From Usitatibacteraceae bacterium (GTDB lineage: Bacteria; Pseudomonadota; Gammaproteobacteria; Burkholderiales; Usitatibacteraceae), in NCBI GenBank assembly GCA_046589675.1, contig JBKJVA010000319.1:1-26347 (forward strand): 26,347 bases of DNA. The letters are read 5' to 3'. Position 1 is the stretch's first letter, and the number at the start of each line of letters is the position of its first letter. Below the pieces are notes generated by a model. It saw only the letters and a list, made by a program, of their open reading frames with translations. It did not search any database and was not told the origin of the DNA. Position numbers and translations under genes: made by a program. Shown piece after piece: positions 1 to 9,894 of this stretch.

Positions 1-1437
1 AATGGCTTCAAGCGTTTTCTTCTCAATCGCCAATTCACAATCAACCAGTTCCTTGATCTGCGCAAGAAACCACGGATCTATTTTTGTGTAGCCGTGAATT
101 TCTTCGAGCGACATACCAATGCCGAACGCATCGGCCACATACCAAAGCCGCTCACCACGCGGGTACGCAAGCTCGTCGCCGATTTTTTCAGGGTCAACCG
201 TCTTCAGATTGAAACCATCGACGCCAGTTTCCAAACCGCGCAATGCCTTTTGCAGCGACTCCTGGAAATTGCGGCCGATGGCCATCACTTCGCCAACGCT
301 TTTCATTTGCGTTGTCAGCCGATCATCCGCCTGCGGGAACTTCTCAAAGGCAAAACGTGGCACCTTGGTAACCACGTAGTCTATCGACGGCTCAAAAGAT
401 GCGGGCGTCGAACCGCCGGTTATGTCGTTCTTCAGTTCATCGAGTGTGTAGCCCACAGCCAATTTTGCAGCAATCTTTGCAATCGGAAACCCGGTCGCTT
501 TGGAAGCCAGCGCCGAGGAGCGCGATACACGCGGGTTCATCTCGATTACCAACATCCGGCCATCGTGCGGATTCACCGCAAACTGCACATTGGATCCTCC
601 GGTTTCAACGCCGATCTCGCGCAATACCGCAATCGACGCATCGCGCATGATCTGGTATTCCTTGTCGGTCAGCGTCTGTGCCGGGGCAACGGTGATCGAG
701 TCACCGGTATGTACACCCATCGGGTCAAGATTTTCAATGGCGCAGACGATGATGCAGTTGTCGTTCTTGTCGCGCACGACCTCCATCTCGAACTCTTTCC
801 AACCCAACAACGATTCCTCGATCAGCAACTCTTTGGTTGGGGAGGCTTCCAGTCCGCGTTCACAGATTTCGACGAATTCATCGCGGTTGTAAGCAATGCC
901 GCCGCCGGACCCACCCATCGTAAAACTCGGCCGGATAATCGCGGGAAAGCCAATCGCAGCTTGCACCTGCAGGGCTTCCTCCATTGAGTGCGCAATCATC
1001 GAGCGCGCGGAACCGAGACCAATTTTGGTCATCGCGTGCTTGAATTTTTCGCGGTCCTCTGCTTTGTCGATTGCCTCTTTGGAAGCGCCGATCATTTCAA
1101 CGCCGTATTTTTCCAGCACACCGTGTTTGGCGAGATCGAGCGCGCAATTTAACGCCGTCTGGCCACCCATCGTCGGCAGGAGCGCGTCAGGCCGTTCTTT
1201 TTCGATAATTTTTTCGACGATCTTCCATGTGATCGGCTCGATGTAAGTCACGTCCGCCATATCCGGGTCAGTCATGATCGTCGCCGGATTGGAGTTGATC
1301 AGAATGACTTTGAAACCTTCGTCCCGCAACGCCTTGCAGGCTTGCGCACCGGAGTAGTCGAATTCGCATGCCTGGCCGATTACGATCGGGCCGGAGCCGA
1401 TGATGAGGATGGATTTGATGTCGGTGCGTTTTGGCAT
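1..1437 (-). CDS. carB: Carbamoyl-phosphate synthase large subunit, N-terminal 479 codons (runs off the window edge)
   Basis: Not in the ORF track; read manually. ATG at 1437 gives [37 protein letters not shown]...[11 protein letters not shown]...[16 protein letters not shown]...[24 protein letters not shown], and the frame is open to base 1. Starts 3 nt after the carA stop. Confidence 0.99.
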   Translation of the reverse strand, partial: MPKRTDIKSILIIGSGPIVIGQACEFDYSGAQACKALRDEGFKVILINSNPATIMTDPDMADVTYIEPITWKIVEKIIEKERPDALLPTMGGQTALNCALDLAKHGVLEKYGVEMIGASKEAIDKAEDREKFKHAMTKIGLGSARSMIAHSMEEALQVQAAIGFPAIIRPSFTMGGSGGGIAYNRDEFVEICERGLEASPTKELLIEESLLGWKEFEMEVVRDKNDNCIIVCAIENLDPMGVHTGDSITVAPAQTLTDKEYQIMRDASIAVLREIGVETGGSNVQFAVNPHDGRMLVIEMNPRVSRSSALASKATGFPIAKIAAKLAVGYTLDELKNDITGGSTPASFEPSIDYVVTKVPRFAFEKFPQADDRLTTQMKSVGEVMAIGRNFQESLQKALRGLETGVDGFNLKTVDPEKIGDELAYPRGERLWYVADAFGIGMSLEEIHGYTKIDPWFLAQIKELVDCELAIEKKTLEAI

Positions 1438-1440
1438 GGG

Positions 1441-2625
1441 TTAGACGAAGCCGATCTTGCGTTTGGGTTTTTTCTCGCGGTCATCCATCATGCGTACAAA
1501 CCGATCAAACAAATACCCCATCTCATGCGGCCCCGGACTTGCCTCCGGATGCCCCTGAAAACTGAACGCCTGCTTGTCGATGCGCTCAAGCCCTTGGCAG
1601 GTGCCATCAAACAACGACTTGTGCGTCACGCGCAAATTGGCGGGCAAGGTTTTTTCGTCGGCTGCAAAGCCGTGATTCTGGCTGGTGATATAAACTTTTT
1701 TAGTTGCAAGATCCTGCACCGGATGATTCGCGCCGTGATGACCGAATTTCATTTTCATGGTTCTGCCGCCGGACGCGAGTGCGAGCAATTGATGGCCGAG
1801 ACAAATGCCAAAAACGGGAATGTCGTTACTGATAATTTCGGCAATTGCGGCAATCGCGTAGTCGCATGGCTCCGGATCGCCCGGACCGTTGGTAAGAAAT
1901 ACGCCATCGGGCTTCAGCGCGATCGCCATCTGTGCGGTTGCTTCGGCCGGCAACACGGTAATGCGGCAACCGCGCTCAGCCAGCATGCGCAAAATATTGT
2001 GCTTCACGCCATAGTCGTAGGCGACCACATGAAATTTTAAATTTTCCTGTACGCGGTAGCCAGCACCCAGCGCCCACGTCGACGCGTTCCATGCGTAGGG
2101 TTTTTCGCAGCTAACGACTTTGGCCAAATCCAGCCCGGCCATATTCGGCGCAGCTTTTGCAAGGGTGTACGCTTTGGCAATCGCGGCATCATCGTGTGCA
2201 CCAACAAGGATGCAACCGTTCTGCGCGCCCTTTTCGCGGATGAGTCGCGTGAGTCGGCGCGTGTCTATGTTGGCAATCGCCACTATATTGTTGCGTTGCA
2301 AATAGGCAGGTAACGTTTCCTGCATGCGCCAATTGGAAGCCAGCGTCGGCAGGTCACGAATAATCAGCCCCGCCGCATAACATTTATCCGACTCGACATC
2401 TTCAGCGTTGGTGCCGGTATTGCCGATGTGCGGATACGTAAGCGTGACAATCTGCCCCATATAGGAGGGGTCTGTGAGGATTTCCTGGTATCCCGTCATC
2501 GCCGTGTTGAATACCACCTCGCCGACGCTGTGGCCTACTGCACCGATGGATGCGCCCTTGAACACCGAGCCATCGGCGAGCACAAGCAGAGCGGGTTGGG
2601 AATGAGGATGGGCGGGGAACTGCAC
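1441..2625 (-). CDS. carA: Carbamoyl-phosphate synthase small subunit (glutamine amidotransferase)
   Basis: [27 protein letters not shown], catalytic GICLGHQ and [11 protein letters not shown]. Start placed at GTG 2625 (GGAG 5 nt upstream) rather than the track's 2661. Confidence 0.98.
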   Translation of the reverse strand: MQFPAHPHSQPALLVLADGSVFKGASIGAVGHSVGEVVFNTAMTGYQEILTDPSYMGQIVTLTYPHIGNTGTNAEDVESDKCYAAGLIIRDLPTLASNWRMQETLPAYLQRNNIVAIANIDTRRLTRLIREKGAQNGCILVGAHDDAAIAKAYTLAKAAPNMAGLDLAKVVSCEKPYAWNASTWALGAGYRVQENLKFHVVAYDYGVKHNILRMLAERGCRITVLPAEATAQMAIALKPDGVFLTNGPGDPEPCDYAIAAIAEIISNDIPVFGICLGHQLLALASGGRTMKMKFGHHGANHPVQDLATKKVYITSQNHGFAADEKTLPANLRVTHKSLFDGTCQGLERIDKQAFSFQGHPEASPGPHEMGYLFDRFVRMMDDREKKPKRKIGFV

Positions 2626-2672
2626 GTGAACTCCGGAGAAAAACGGGGGGGAAACGCTCACGCGACGGGCAT

Positions 2673-2707
2673 AAAAAACGGGAAAGACCGGTGTCGGCGC
2701 TTTCCCG
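2673..2707 (-). terminator. Intrinsic terminator or attenuator hairpin upstream of carA
   Basis: Minus strand reads CGGGAAAG-C-GCCG-ACAC-CGGT-CTTTCCCG followed by TTTTTT; 8-bp perfect outer stem plus 4-bp inner stem. Confidence 0.85.
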
Positions 2708-2743
2708 CGTTCTTTGATTAAAAGCCTTCGCGATTAAGAGGGT

Positions 2744-2749
2744 ATTTTA
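2744..2749 (-). promoter_or_regulatory. Candidate sigma70 -10 element (TAAAAT) for the carAB leader
   Basis: TAAAAT on the minus strand, 37 nt upstream of the hairpin; no convincing -35. Confidence 0.45.
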
Positions 2750-2803
2750 CCCTATCTTTCGCCTTGCGGCACGCATTTGGGCAAGCCGAAAGTGCAGCTC
2801 TGC

Positions 2804-3619
2804 TTACTTCAGTCCCAGCACATCGGACATGTCGTAGAGACCATCTTTTCGGCCGGTGAGAAAGACGGCGGCCCGCATCGCCCCTTGAGCATAGTTGCTG
2901 CGTGACGATGACTTGTGGCTGATTTCGATGCGCTCCCCCGTCCCCGCAAACATGACCGTATGTTCACCGATGACGTCGCCACCGCGAATGGCGGTGAAGC
3001 CAATCGAGCCGGGCTGTCGTTCCCCGGTGGTGCCATGTCGGTCATACACGGCGATTTCGTCGAGCGATTTGCCCATGGCCTGTGCGGCAACCTGGCCTAT
3101 TTGCAGCGCCGTGCCGGACGGCGCATCGACTTTCATTTTGTGATGCGTTTCAATGATTTCGATGTCGTATTGTGCGTGTAATGCTTTGGTGGCGAGCGCA
3201 ACGAGCTTGAGCATTACATTGACGCCTACGCTCATGTTCGGCGCAAATACGATGGCGATGTCTTTTGATGCCGCTTCGATCTGCTTCTTCTCTTCCATAG
3301 AAAAACCGGTGGTACCAATCACCATATTCACGCGATGACGTCGGCAGAAGGCAATATGGCGCAATGTTCCTTCCGGTCGTGTGAAATCGATGAGCACGTC
3401 GGCGTCGGTCATTGTGCCGTCAAGTTCGCTGCTGATGACGGTGCCAGCCGCGTGGTTGGAAAATACCCCCGCATCGCGCCCTAACAATGGGCTCGCGGCG
3501 TGTTCCAGAGCAGCACAAATCCTGGCGTTTGGGATGGAGCCAACGGCGTCCAGTAATGCCTGGCCCATGCGCCCACCGGCACCGGCAATTGCCACCTGCA
3601 GTTGCGCCGACTTTGCCAT
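2804..3619 (-). CDS. dapB: 4-hydroxy-tetrahydrodipicolinate reductase
   Basis: IAGAGGRMG dinucleotide-binding motif, DVLIDFTRPE, VIGTTG, APNMSVGVN, IETHHKMKVDAPSGTAL, RGGDVIGEHTV. Confidence 0.98.
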   Translation of the reverse strand: MAKSAQLQVAIAGAGGRMGQALLDAVGSIPNARICAALEHAASPLLGRDAGVFSNHAAGTVISSELDGTMTDADVLIDFTRPEGTLRHIAFCRRHRVNMVIGTTGFSMEEKKQIEAASKDIAIVFAPNMSVGVNVMLKLVALATKALHAQYDIEIIETHHKMKVDAPSGTALQIGQVAAQAMGKSLDEIAVYDRHGTTGERQPGSIGFTAIRGGDVIGEHTVMFAGTGERIEISHKSSSRSNYAQGAMRAAVFLTGRKDGLYDMSDVLGLK

Positions 3620-3636
3620 ATACGCGATCCGTCGTT

Positions 3637-4062
3637 TTACTGTTTTGGCGGCGGTGCGCCTGGCGGCAAGGTATTGGGCAGCTGGCGTTTATCGCCACCA
3701 CCGGTGAGGATTTCAATAGCAGACGCTTTGCCATCGATCCTTGCAACCTTGTCGTTTTCAAACAGGATGGTTACTTTGTATTCCTGTTTGTCGCGACCGA
3801 ACGGCCCATATTTAGTGCCCTGATCGAGGCTGAAAAAATAATCCCAGCGATTGCCGTTAAACACGTCCTGCAAAAGCGGCGTGCCCAGTGCCGTGCGCAC
3901 ATCCAGCCTGCTCATGCCGGGTTTAACTTTGGCGAGTTGCTCCTGGGTGACGAGGTTCCCCTGTTGAATATCAATTCGATGCACCCCGAACCCGGCGCAG
4001 CCAGAAAGCAATATGGACAAAATTCCAGCGGCAATAGAGGCAGCAAAACGGGTAGCGCGCAT
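3637..4062 (-). CDS. bamE: Outer membrane protein assembly lipoprotein BamE (SmpA/OmlA)
   Basis: Lipobox LLSGC, YRIDIQQGN-like HRIDIQQGNLVTQEQL, GMSRLDVRTALGTPLL, RWDY; divergent from fur, a conserved arrangement. Confidence 0.95.
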   Translation of the reverse strand: MRATRFAASIAAGILSILLSGCAGFGVHRIDIQQGNLVTQEQLAKVKPGMSRLDVRTALGTPLLQDVFNGNRWDYFFSLDQGTKYGPFGRDKQEYKVTILFENDKVARIDGKASAIEILTGGGDKRQLPNTLPPGAPPPKQ

Positions 4063-4091
4063 GACAAACTTTCGAAACGATTTATCGCTAC

Positions 4092-4097
4092 ATTATA
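4092..4097 (-). promoter_or_regulatory. Candidate -10 element (TATAAT) for bamE-dapB
   Basis: Perfect TATAAT on the minus strand, 30 nt upstream of the bamE ATG. Confidence 0.55.
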
Positions 4098-4157
4098 GCT
4101 GACACGGCTCAGACAAATCCTGCGCGGCCCCCACTGCAGACAGTGCTCAAAACAGCT

Positions 4158-4163
4158 TATGAT
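4158..4163 (+). promoter_or_regulatory. Candidate -10 element (TATGAT) for fur
   Basis: TATGAT 24 nt before the fur ATG; -35 weak. Confidence 0.45.
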
Positions 4164-4187
4164 GCGCATATCTAACCCGGGATCGTC

Positions 4188-4619
4188 ATGTCAGAATCAA
4201 AAGAACTGCGAAACATGGGCCTTAAAGCCACCTTTCCGCGATTGAAGGTGCTGGACCTGTTTCAAAATTCCGCGCAGCGCCACATGTCTGCCGAAGACGT
4301 CTACAAACTTTTATTGAACGAAAACGCCGATATCGGCTTGGCGACTGTCTATCGAGTTCTGACACAATTTGAGCAAGCGGGCTTACTTGTCCGCCAGCAC
4401 TTCGAAAGCGGCAAGTCTGTCTTCGAATTGAACGAAGGCAGTCATCATGATCACCTGGTGTGCATGCAGTGCGGTCGTGTGGAAGAGTTTTACGATGCGG
4501 AGATTGAAAAACGCCAGCAAAAGGTCGCCAAGGACAGGGGCTTCAATATCCACGACCACTCGCTTTATCTTTACGCGGACTGCATCAAGCCGAATTGTCC
4601 GCACAAGAAATCCGTGTAA
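4188..4619 (+). CDS. fur: Ferric uptake regulator
   Basis: [63 protein letters not shown]. Confidence 0.98.
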   Translation: MSESKELRNMGLKATFPRLKVLDLFQNSAQRHMSAEDVYKLLLNENADIGLATVYRVLTQFEQAGLLVRQHFESGKSVFELNEGSHHDHLVCMQCGRVEEFYDAEIEKRQQKVAKDRGFNIHDHSLYLYADCIKPNCPHKKSV

Positions 4620-4649
4620 GCCGACCTACCCCAAACCCAGGAGCGGCGT

Positions 4650-5057
4650 GTGAAAAATATCTGGCGATCTACATTGTTGTGCTGCTTGAGCGTCGGTGTG
4701 TTAGCCGCTCCAGGTGACGCGCTTGCACGAGATACTGCACCCCTGAAGATTAACTTGCCGGAAATCGGGGTACGCGATCTACCCAGGGAAGGTCGCGATA
4801 CACTCGTCCTGATCCGCAAAGGTGGCCCTTTCCCTTTTGCAAAAGATGGCAGCATATTCGCCAACCGTGAGCGCATCCTGCCTAAAGAGCCGCGCGGTTT
4901 TTATCGCGAGTTCACCGTAAAAACACCCCGTTCCCGCGACCGCGGGGTGCGTCGCATCGTCTGCGGTGGCACTGTGGTGAAACAGCAGGCGCAACGATTG
5001 GAGTCCTGCTACTACACCGACGACCACTACGCATCGTTCAAGAAAATCAAGGAGTAG
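4650..5057 (+). CDS. Secreted guanyl-specific ribonuclease (RNase Sa/barnase-like family)
   Basis: GTG start with AGGAG RBS; signal peptide ending DALA; GGPFPFAKDGSIFANRERILP, GFYREFTV (catalytic E), RGVRRIV, YYTDDHYASF (catalytic H). Confidence 0.93.
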   Translation: MKNIWRSTLLCCLSVGVLAAPGDALARDTAPLKINLPEIGVRDLPREGRDTLVLIRKGGPFPFAKDGSIFANRERILPKEPRGFYREFTVKTPRSRDRGVRRIVCGGTVVKQQAQRLESCYYTDDHYASFKKIKE

Positions 5058-5061
5058 CGCG

Positions 5062-5502
5062 ATGGCCTCCCCCGAATTGAAAAATATCCTGGCCAGCGAT
5101 CAGCCGCGCGGCGTCTATTGGGCTAAAACGCACGCAACCGTGGCGGAACTGCGTAAACTTGCGCGCGCAAAGGGAATGGCTTTCTTTCACCTTGAGGGTC
5201 AGAAAATCGAGAAGAAAGAACAGTTTCTGAACCACGCAGCGGTTGCAATGAAGTTTCCGTCACACTTTGGCAATAACTGGGACGCTTTCTACGATTGCCT
5301 GACGGATTTGGACTGGGTCGAGACTGAGGGCTATCTAATTTATTTCGACCATACCGATGCGTTTGCAAGCCACCACGAGAGCCAGCTAGAGACCGTCGTT
5401 GAGTTGTTTCAGGATGCAGTGGACTATTGGAAAGGCGAGGGCAAACCGATGCTGGTGGTGCTATCTGGCGCCAACGCACCGCCGGGAATGAAGAAGGTCT
5501 GA
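5062..5502 (+). CDS. Barstar-family ribonuclease inhibitor
   Basis: Starts 4 nt after the RNase stop with AAGGAG RBS; FPSHFGNNWDAFYDCLTDL barstar signature. Confidence 0.93.
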   Translation: MASPELKNILASDQPRGVYWAKTHATVAELRKLARAKGMAFFHLEGQKIEKKEQFLNHAAVAMKFPSHFGNNWDAFYDCLTDLDWVETEGYLIYFDHTDAFASHHESQLETVVELFQDAVDYWKGEGKPMLVVLSGANAPPGMKKV

Positions 5503-5655
5503 AACTTGCGGCTCGCGCTGCCCGCTGCATCGGACAACCGTTTCACGCGCATCCGGAATGCCTGATTAGTTCCTGGCAGACCCCCATATTTAGCGCCGGT
5601 TTTCAGCCATTTATGATCCAAAGGTCCCGCTAAATGGCGTTCTGCGCAAACTCGC

Positions 5656-6423
5656 TTAATTCTCCCCCAAAAACCGGATGTCGCCGTAGTACGCACTGGT
5701 GTGTGATCCGGTCGCATTCGAGTCGGTCATGATGCCGACGAAGATGATCGGACCGGGCGGTTCTCCAAACAGGCGCTCGTAATCCTGCTTCACATTGCGC
5801 TGAAAACTGAGCCATTGACCTAGCCGCTGCGGGCCTGATTCAACCACAAGCATCTTTGCGCGCGATGTTTTCGCATGGTCGATGACCGTCTCTTTTGGTA
5901 ACTTGTTTTCCCAAATGTACTGAATCGTTGCATAAGGCATCTCGCGCCCGCTAAACAACTTGACGGTCTGCGCGAGCGCGCTGTCTTCGAAATCAAATTT
6001 AGACTTGTCGCCATCAAAGGCCACGATGACACGCACCGGCGAATCGTCACCCGTGCGACTGGCGTTGTCAGCGTCGGCGATTAACTGCGGGACTTTCCAG
6101 CGCCAATGCAGATGCGGGTATTCCGCAGTTGGCAATGCGAGTGGTTGCAAAAGTCCGGAAGCCGACACGTTTGCATCGGCTTCCAGCACGCGCTCACCCT
6201 CATGTTCGACGATCCGATACTTGGTAGGTGCCAAAAAACGCGAGAGGACCCATGGTTCCCACGCCGGCGGCGCGGTTTCCCCGGTAGAAGTCAATGAGAA
6301 TGGCTGCACGGACGCGAATGGCATCGTGAATCCTTGCGTTGGCGGATGCGGCGTCACTAATTGAGCACAGCCAGCGATAGCGAGCAGAAAACCTGAACAG
6401 ACACCACGCGCCAACATTCGCAT
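5656..6423 (-). CDS. DUF3047-family lipoprotein
   Basis: Lipobox IAGC; LHWRWKV, GDDSPVRVIVAFDG, PYATIQYIWEN, WLSFQRNVKQDYERLFGE, VGIMTDSNAT, typical of DUF3047. Confidence 0.8.
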   Translation of the reverse strand: MRMLARGVCSGFLLAIAGCAQLVTPHPPTQGFTMPFASVQPFSLTSTGETAPPAWEPWVLSRFLAPTKYRIVEHEGERVLEADANVSASGLLQPLALPTAEYPHLHWRWKVPQLIADADNASRTGDDSPVRVIVAFDGDKSKFDFEDSALAQTVKLFSGREMPYATIQYIWENKLPKETVIDHAKTSRAKMLVVESGPQRLGQWLSFQRNVKQDYERLFGEPPGPIIFVGIMTDSNATGSHTSAYYGDIRFLGEN

Positions 6424-6507
6424 CCAATCCTCCGCGCTAACCGTTAAACCGATTCGACAATCTCATCACAGGCGCTTGACGTGATCACGCCTTTAATTTC
6501 CTCGAGC

Positions 6508-9500
6508 CTACTCCGAACTCGCAATCAGCGCTGCATTTCCGCCGACGGCAGCGGTGTTCACGGTAAAGGTACGCTCTGACGCAAACCGCAACAGATAATG
6601 CGGCCCACCTGCCTTGGGCCCAGTACCGCTCAGGCCTTCACCACCAAATGGCTGCACGCCGACCACCGCGCCGATCTGGTTGCGGTTGACGTACACGTTG
6701 CCCACGCGGGCGCGGGCGCGAATGGCACGAATGGTTTCTTCGATGCGGGAATGAATGCCAAGCGTCAGTCCATACCCGCTGGCGTTAATCGCATCGACAA
6801 CAGCCATTAGTTGATCACCCTCAAACGACAGCACATGCAATATCGGCCCGAATACTTCGCTCTTGATGGCATCAAACGATGGAATCTCGAACGCGCAAGG
6901 TGCAAAAAAATGTCCCGCAGGAATATCAGTTGGGAACTGTGACCGACCGATGCACTTGAAGTTCCCCGTCATGTGATCACGATGCGCCACCAACATCTCG
7001 AGAGCGTCGCGGTCGATCACCGGCCCGATGTCGGTATCCAGCCGTGCAGGATCGCCAAGCCTTAATTCCTTCATGGCCCCTTCGAGCAACATTGCCAATC
7101 GCGGAAAAATATCCTTCTGCACACACAGTATTCGTAATGCCGAACAACGCTGGCCTGCGCTATTGAAGGCAGACGCAATCACGTCGTTGACGACTTGTTC
7201 CGGCAACGCGGAAGAATCGGCAATCATCGCGTTGAGGCCACCCGTTTCCGCGATGAACGGGATGATGGGGCCGGCGCGATTGGCCAAGCTGCGGTTGATT
7301 GCCTGCGCGGTTGACGTGCCCCCGGTAAACACAACACCCGCGACACGCCTGTCTTCCACCAGCCTCGCGCCAACAACCTCGCCACGGCCAGGCAGCAATG
7401 CAATCGCTTCCTTTGGCATTCCCGCTTCGAGCAGCAGCTTTACTGTCTCAAAAGCGATGATGGATGTTTGTTCGGCCGGTTTTGCGGCCACAGCATTGCC
7501 GGCTGCAAATGCGGCGGCGACCTGACCCATAAAAATAGCCAGTGGAAAATTCCACGGCGAAATGGCAGCGAATACACCGCGACTGTGCATCGATAATTCG
7601 TTGCTCTCACCCGTCGGTCCCGGCAATAACTGTGGCACGGCGAATTGCTGGCGCACCTGTGCGGCGTAGTAGCGGCAAAAATCCACTGCTTCCCTGACTT
7701 CACCCAGCGCATCCGGCAGGGTTTTGCCCGCCTCACGCACGCATAGCGCCATAAAAAATGCGTGGCGCACTTCCAACAAATCTGCCGCACGCTCGAGCAC
7801 AGCGGCGCGCGCCGCGGCTGGCATGCCCGGCCACTTTGAAGTGATGTCCAATGCCAAATTCAGTAATTGCTCGTCGGCTTCCTCGTTGGTGCCTATTATC
7901 TCCAGCGACGTTGGGCTTCGTGCATCGACCGGCATGCCCCGCATCGCATCGCCTGCAATCAGCGGTTTCGCGACTAAATCCGTACGCTGCAGCGTAACCG
8001 CCATCGCCGCCTGAAGGGCATCGACGGCTGCAACATCGGCAAAGCTGAAACCGCTCGAATTCAAGCGGCTTACCTCGGATGCCAGGAACAAGTTTTTCGG
8101 CAGCGGCAGCTTGGTATTCGCTTTATGCGAATTGCCTTCGCACGCGGCTACCGGGTCGTTGATGACATCTTCAATCGACACATCGGGGTCAGCAATGCGA
8201 TTGACAAACGACGAATTAGCACCATTTTCGAGAAGGCGACGAACCAGGTAGGGCAACAAATCCTCATGGGTTCCCACCGGCGCGTAAACACGGCACGCCG
8301 CGTTGTGGCTGGCCAGCACTTCTTCGTAAAGTTCCATGCCCATGCCATGCAGGCGCTGAAATTCGAAGCGATTGTGCTTGTCCGCGCCAGTTGCCCTTTC
8401 GAGGATGGTCGCAACGGTATGTGCATTGTGGGTGGCGAACTGGCAGAAAAATACCTCTGGTCGCGCCAGCATTTTTGCAGCACAGGCGAGATAAGACACA
8501 TCGGTATTGGCTTTGCGCGTAAACACCGGATAACCACTAAAGCCCTGCATCTGTGCGCGCTTGATCTCGGTATCCCAGTAAGCACCCTTCACCAGCCGCG
8601 TCATCATGCGGCGACCATGCTTTGCCGACAAAGCAGTCAACCAGTCGATCACGTGGACGGCACGCTTCTGGTATGCCTGTACCGCGAGACCTATTCCCTC
8701 ATAGCCGGCGAATCGCGCATCGCCATAAACAGCGGCGAACAATTCCAGTGAAAGTTCCAGGCGCTCGGTTTCTTCTGCATCGAGCGTTAAACCGATACCA
8801 CCATCGCGGGCCATCTCCGCAAGCGCCATCACCTTCGGCAACAATTGCTGCATTACCCGTTCACGCTGCGCCAATTCATAGCGGGGATGGAGCGCAGAAA
8901 GCTTCACCGAAATGCCGGGCGCTTCAAACACGCTCTGGCCTGGCTTCACGGCCGATGAAATCGCCTGGATCGCATCTTTATATGCGACGAAATATCGTTC
9001 GGCGTCATGGGCGGTCATTGCTGCTTCACCCAGCACGTCGTAGGAATGGCGGTATTTCGCCTGGTCATCCGAGTCGGCACGCTTTAATGCATCGTCGATA
9101 TTGCGGCCCATGACGAATTGCTCGGCCATCAACCTCATGCCCTGACGCAATGACGCGCGCACAATGGGTTCGCCCGCCTTGGCCGCAAGCTTCGTCAACC
9201 AACCGCCAACATCGGTAAAACTTTCTGCTGTGGGCGATACCAGTTTGCCGGTGAGCATCATCCCCCAGGTGCCCGCATTCACCAAAAGAGAATCCGACGC
9301 ACCAAGGTGTTTTTTCCAGTTGCCCTGGGCAAATTTATCCTTGATCAGCTTGTCAGCCGTCGCCGCATCCGGAATGCGCAGCAAAGCCTCAGCCACACAC
9401 ATGAGCAGCACGCCTTCCTGCGACGACAGATCATATTGGGTCAAGAACGATTGCATGCCCGAATGTTTTTGCTGGCGAGCTCGCACTGATTCGACCAAGG

Positions 9501-9639
9501 CCCGTGCCGTCGCGGTCGCGCGCGCGTTTGCGTCGGGAGCAAGTTTTGCAACCGGAATCAGTGCATCGAGCGTGCGCGATTCATCGGCGAAAAATGCGTC
9601 GCGAAGGGGTGAAAACGAGGGGAGCATGGCGGCCGTCAT
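6508..9639 (-). CDS. putA: Bifunctional proline dehydrogenase / L-glutamate gamma-semialdehyde dehydrogenase PutA, without the DNA-binding RHH domain
   Basis: PRODH motifs RLVKGAYWDTEIK, QFATHNAHT, YLVRRLLENGANSSFVN; ALDH motifs ISPWNFPLAIF, IAETGG, SAGQRCSAL (catalytic C), QPFGGEGLSGTGPKAGG. An alternative start at 9627 is possible. Confidence 0.98.
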   Translation of the reverse strand: MTAAMLPSFSPLRDAFFADESRTLDALIPVAKLAPDANARATATARALVESVRARQQKHSGMQSFLTQYDLSSQEGVLLMCVAEALLRIPDAATADKLIKDKFAQGNWKKHLGASDSLLVNAGTWGMMLTGKLVSPTAESFTDVGGWLTKLAAKAGEPIVRASLRQGMRLMAEQFVMGRNIDDALKRADSDDQAKYRHSYDVLGEAAMTAHDAERYFVAYKDAIQAISSAVKPGQSVFEAPGISVKLSALHPRYELAQRERVMQQLLPKVMALAEMARDGGIGLTLDAEETERLELSLELFAAVYGDARFAGYEGIGLAVQAYQKRAVHVIDWLTALSAKHGRRMMTRLVKGAYWDTEIKRAQMQGFSGYPVFTRKANTDVSYLACAAKMLARPEVFFCQFATHNAHTVATILERATGADKHNRFEFQRLHGMGMELYEEVLASHNAACRVYAPVGTHEDLLPYLVRRLLENGANSSFVNRIADPDVSIEDVINDPVAACEGNSHKANTKLPLPKNLFLASEVSRLNSSGFSFADVAAVDALQAAMAVTLQRTDLVAKPLIAGDAMRGMPVDARSPTSLEIIGTNEEADEQLLNLALDITSKWPGMPAAARAAVLERAADLLEVRHAFFMALCVREAGKTLPDALGEVREAVDFCRYYAAQVRQQFAVPQLLPGPTGESNELSMHSRGVFAAISPWNFPLAIFMGQVAAAFAAGNAVAAKPAEQTSIIAFETVKLLLEAGMPKEAIALLPGRGEVVGARLVEDRRVAGVVFTGGTSTAQAINRSLANRAGPIIPFIAETGGLNAMIADSSALPEQVVNDVIASAFNSAGQRCSALRILCVQKDIFPRLAMLLEGAMKELRLGDPARLDTDIGPVIDRDALEMLVAHRDHMTGNFKCIGRSQFPTDIPAGHFFAPCAFEIPSFDAIKSEVFGPILHVLSFEGDQLMAVVDAINASGYGLTLGIHSRIEETIRAIRARARVGNVYVNRNQIGAVVGVQPFGGEGLSGTGPKAGGPHYLLRFASERTFTVNTAAVGGNAALIASSE

Positions 9640-9894
9640 CCAAGGGAAGTGCGCGCATTATCGCAAATGTCAGGCGGGTTCACCTGATGAGCACACAAGC
9701 CTTAAAAAGTCTCGATTGCACAAAATGAATCGGGCAATCTTCGCACAACCAAGATATGTGCCCGCAGCCAGATTTGCAGATCGCCATCGGGTGCGGATTT
9801 CGAGGTCTTTTTGCTCCGAAAGGCGCGTACCCTCTGGGGTTCGCCTCACAACAGGCCACCCATCGCCGCAGCTAACCCAAAAACAAACCCACGC

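Noticed and set aside
94-2040. Long + strand ORFs 94..987 (297 aa) and 1342..2040 (232 aa)
   Set aside because: Antisense shadows of carB and carA with no family motifs.
5588-5635. ATTTAGCG/CGCTAAAT inverted repeat between barstar and DUF3047
   Set aside because: 8-bp arms with a 32-nt spacer and no U-tract; within chance expectation.
6476-6488. FNR-like TTGAC-GTG-ATCAC upstream of the DUF3047 gene
   Set aside because: Spacer is 3 nt rather than 4 and both half-sites mismatch.
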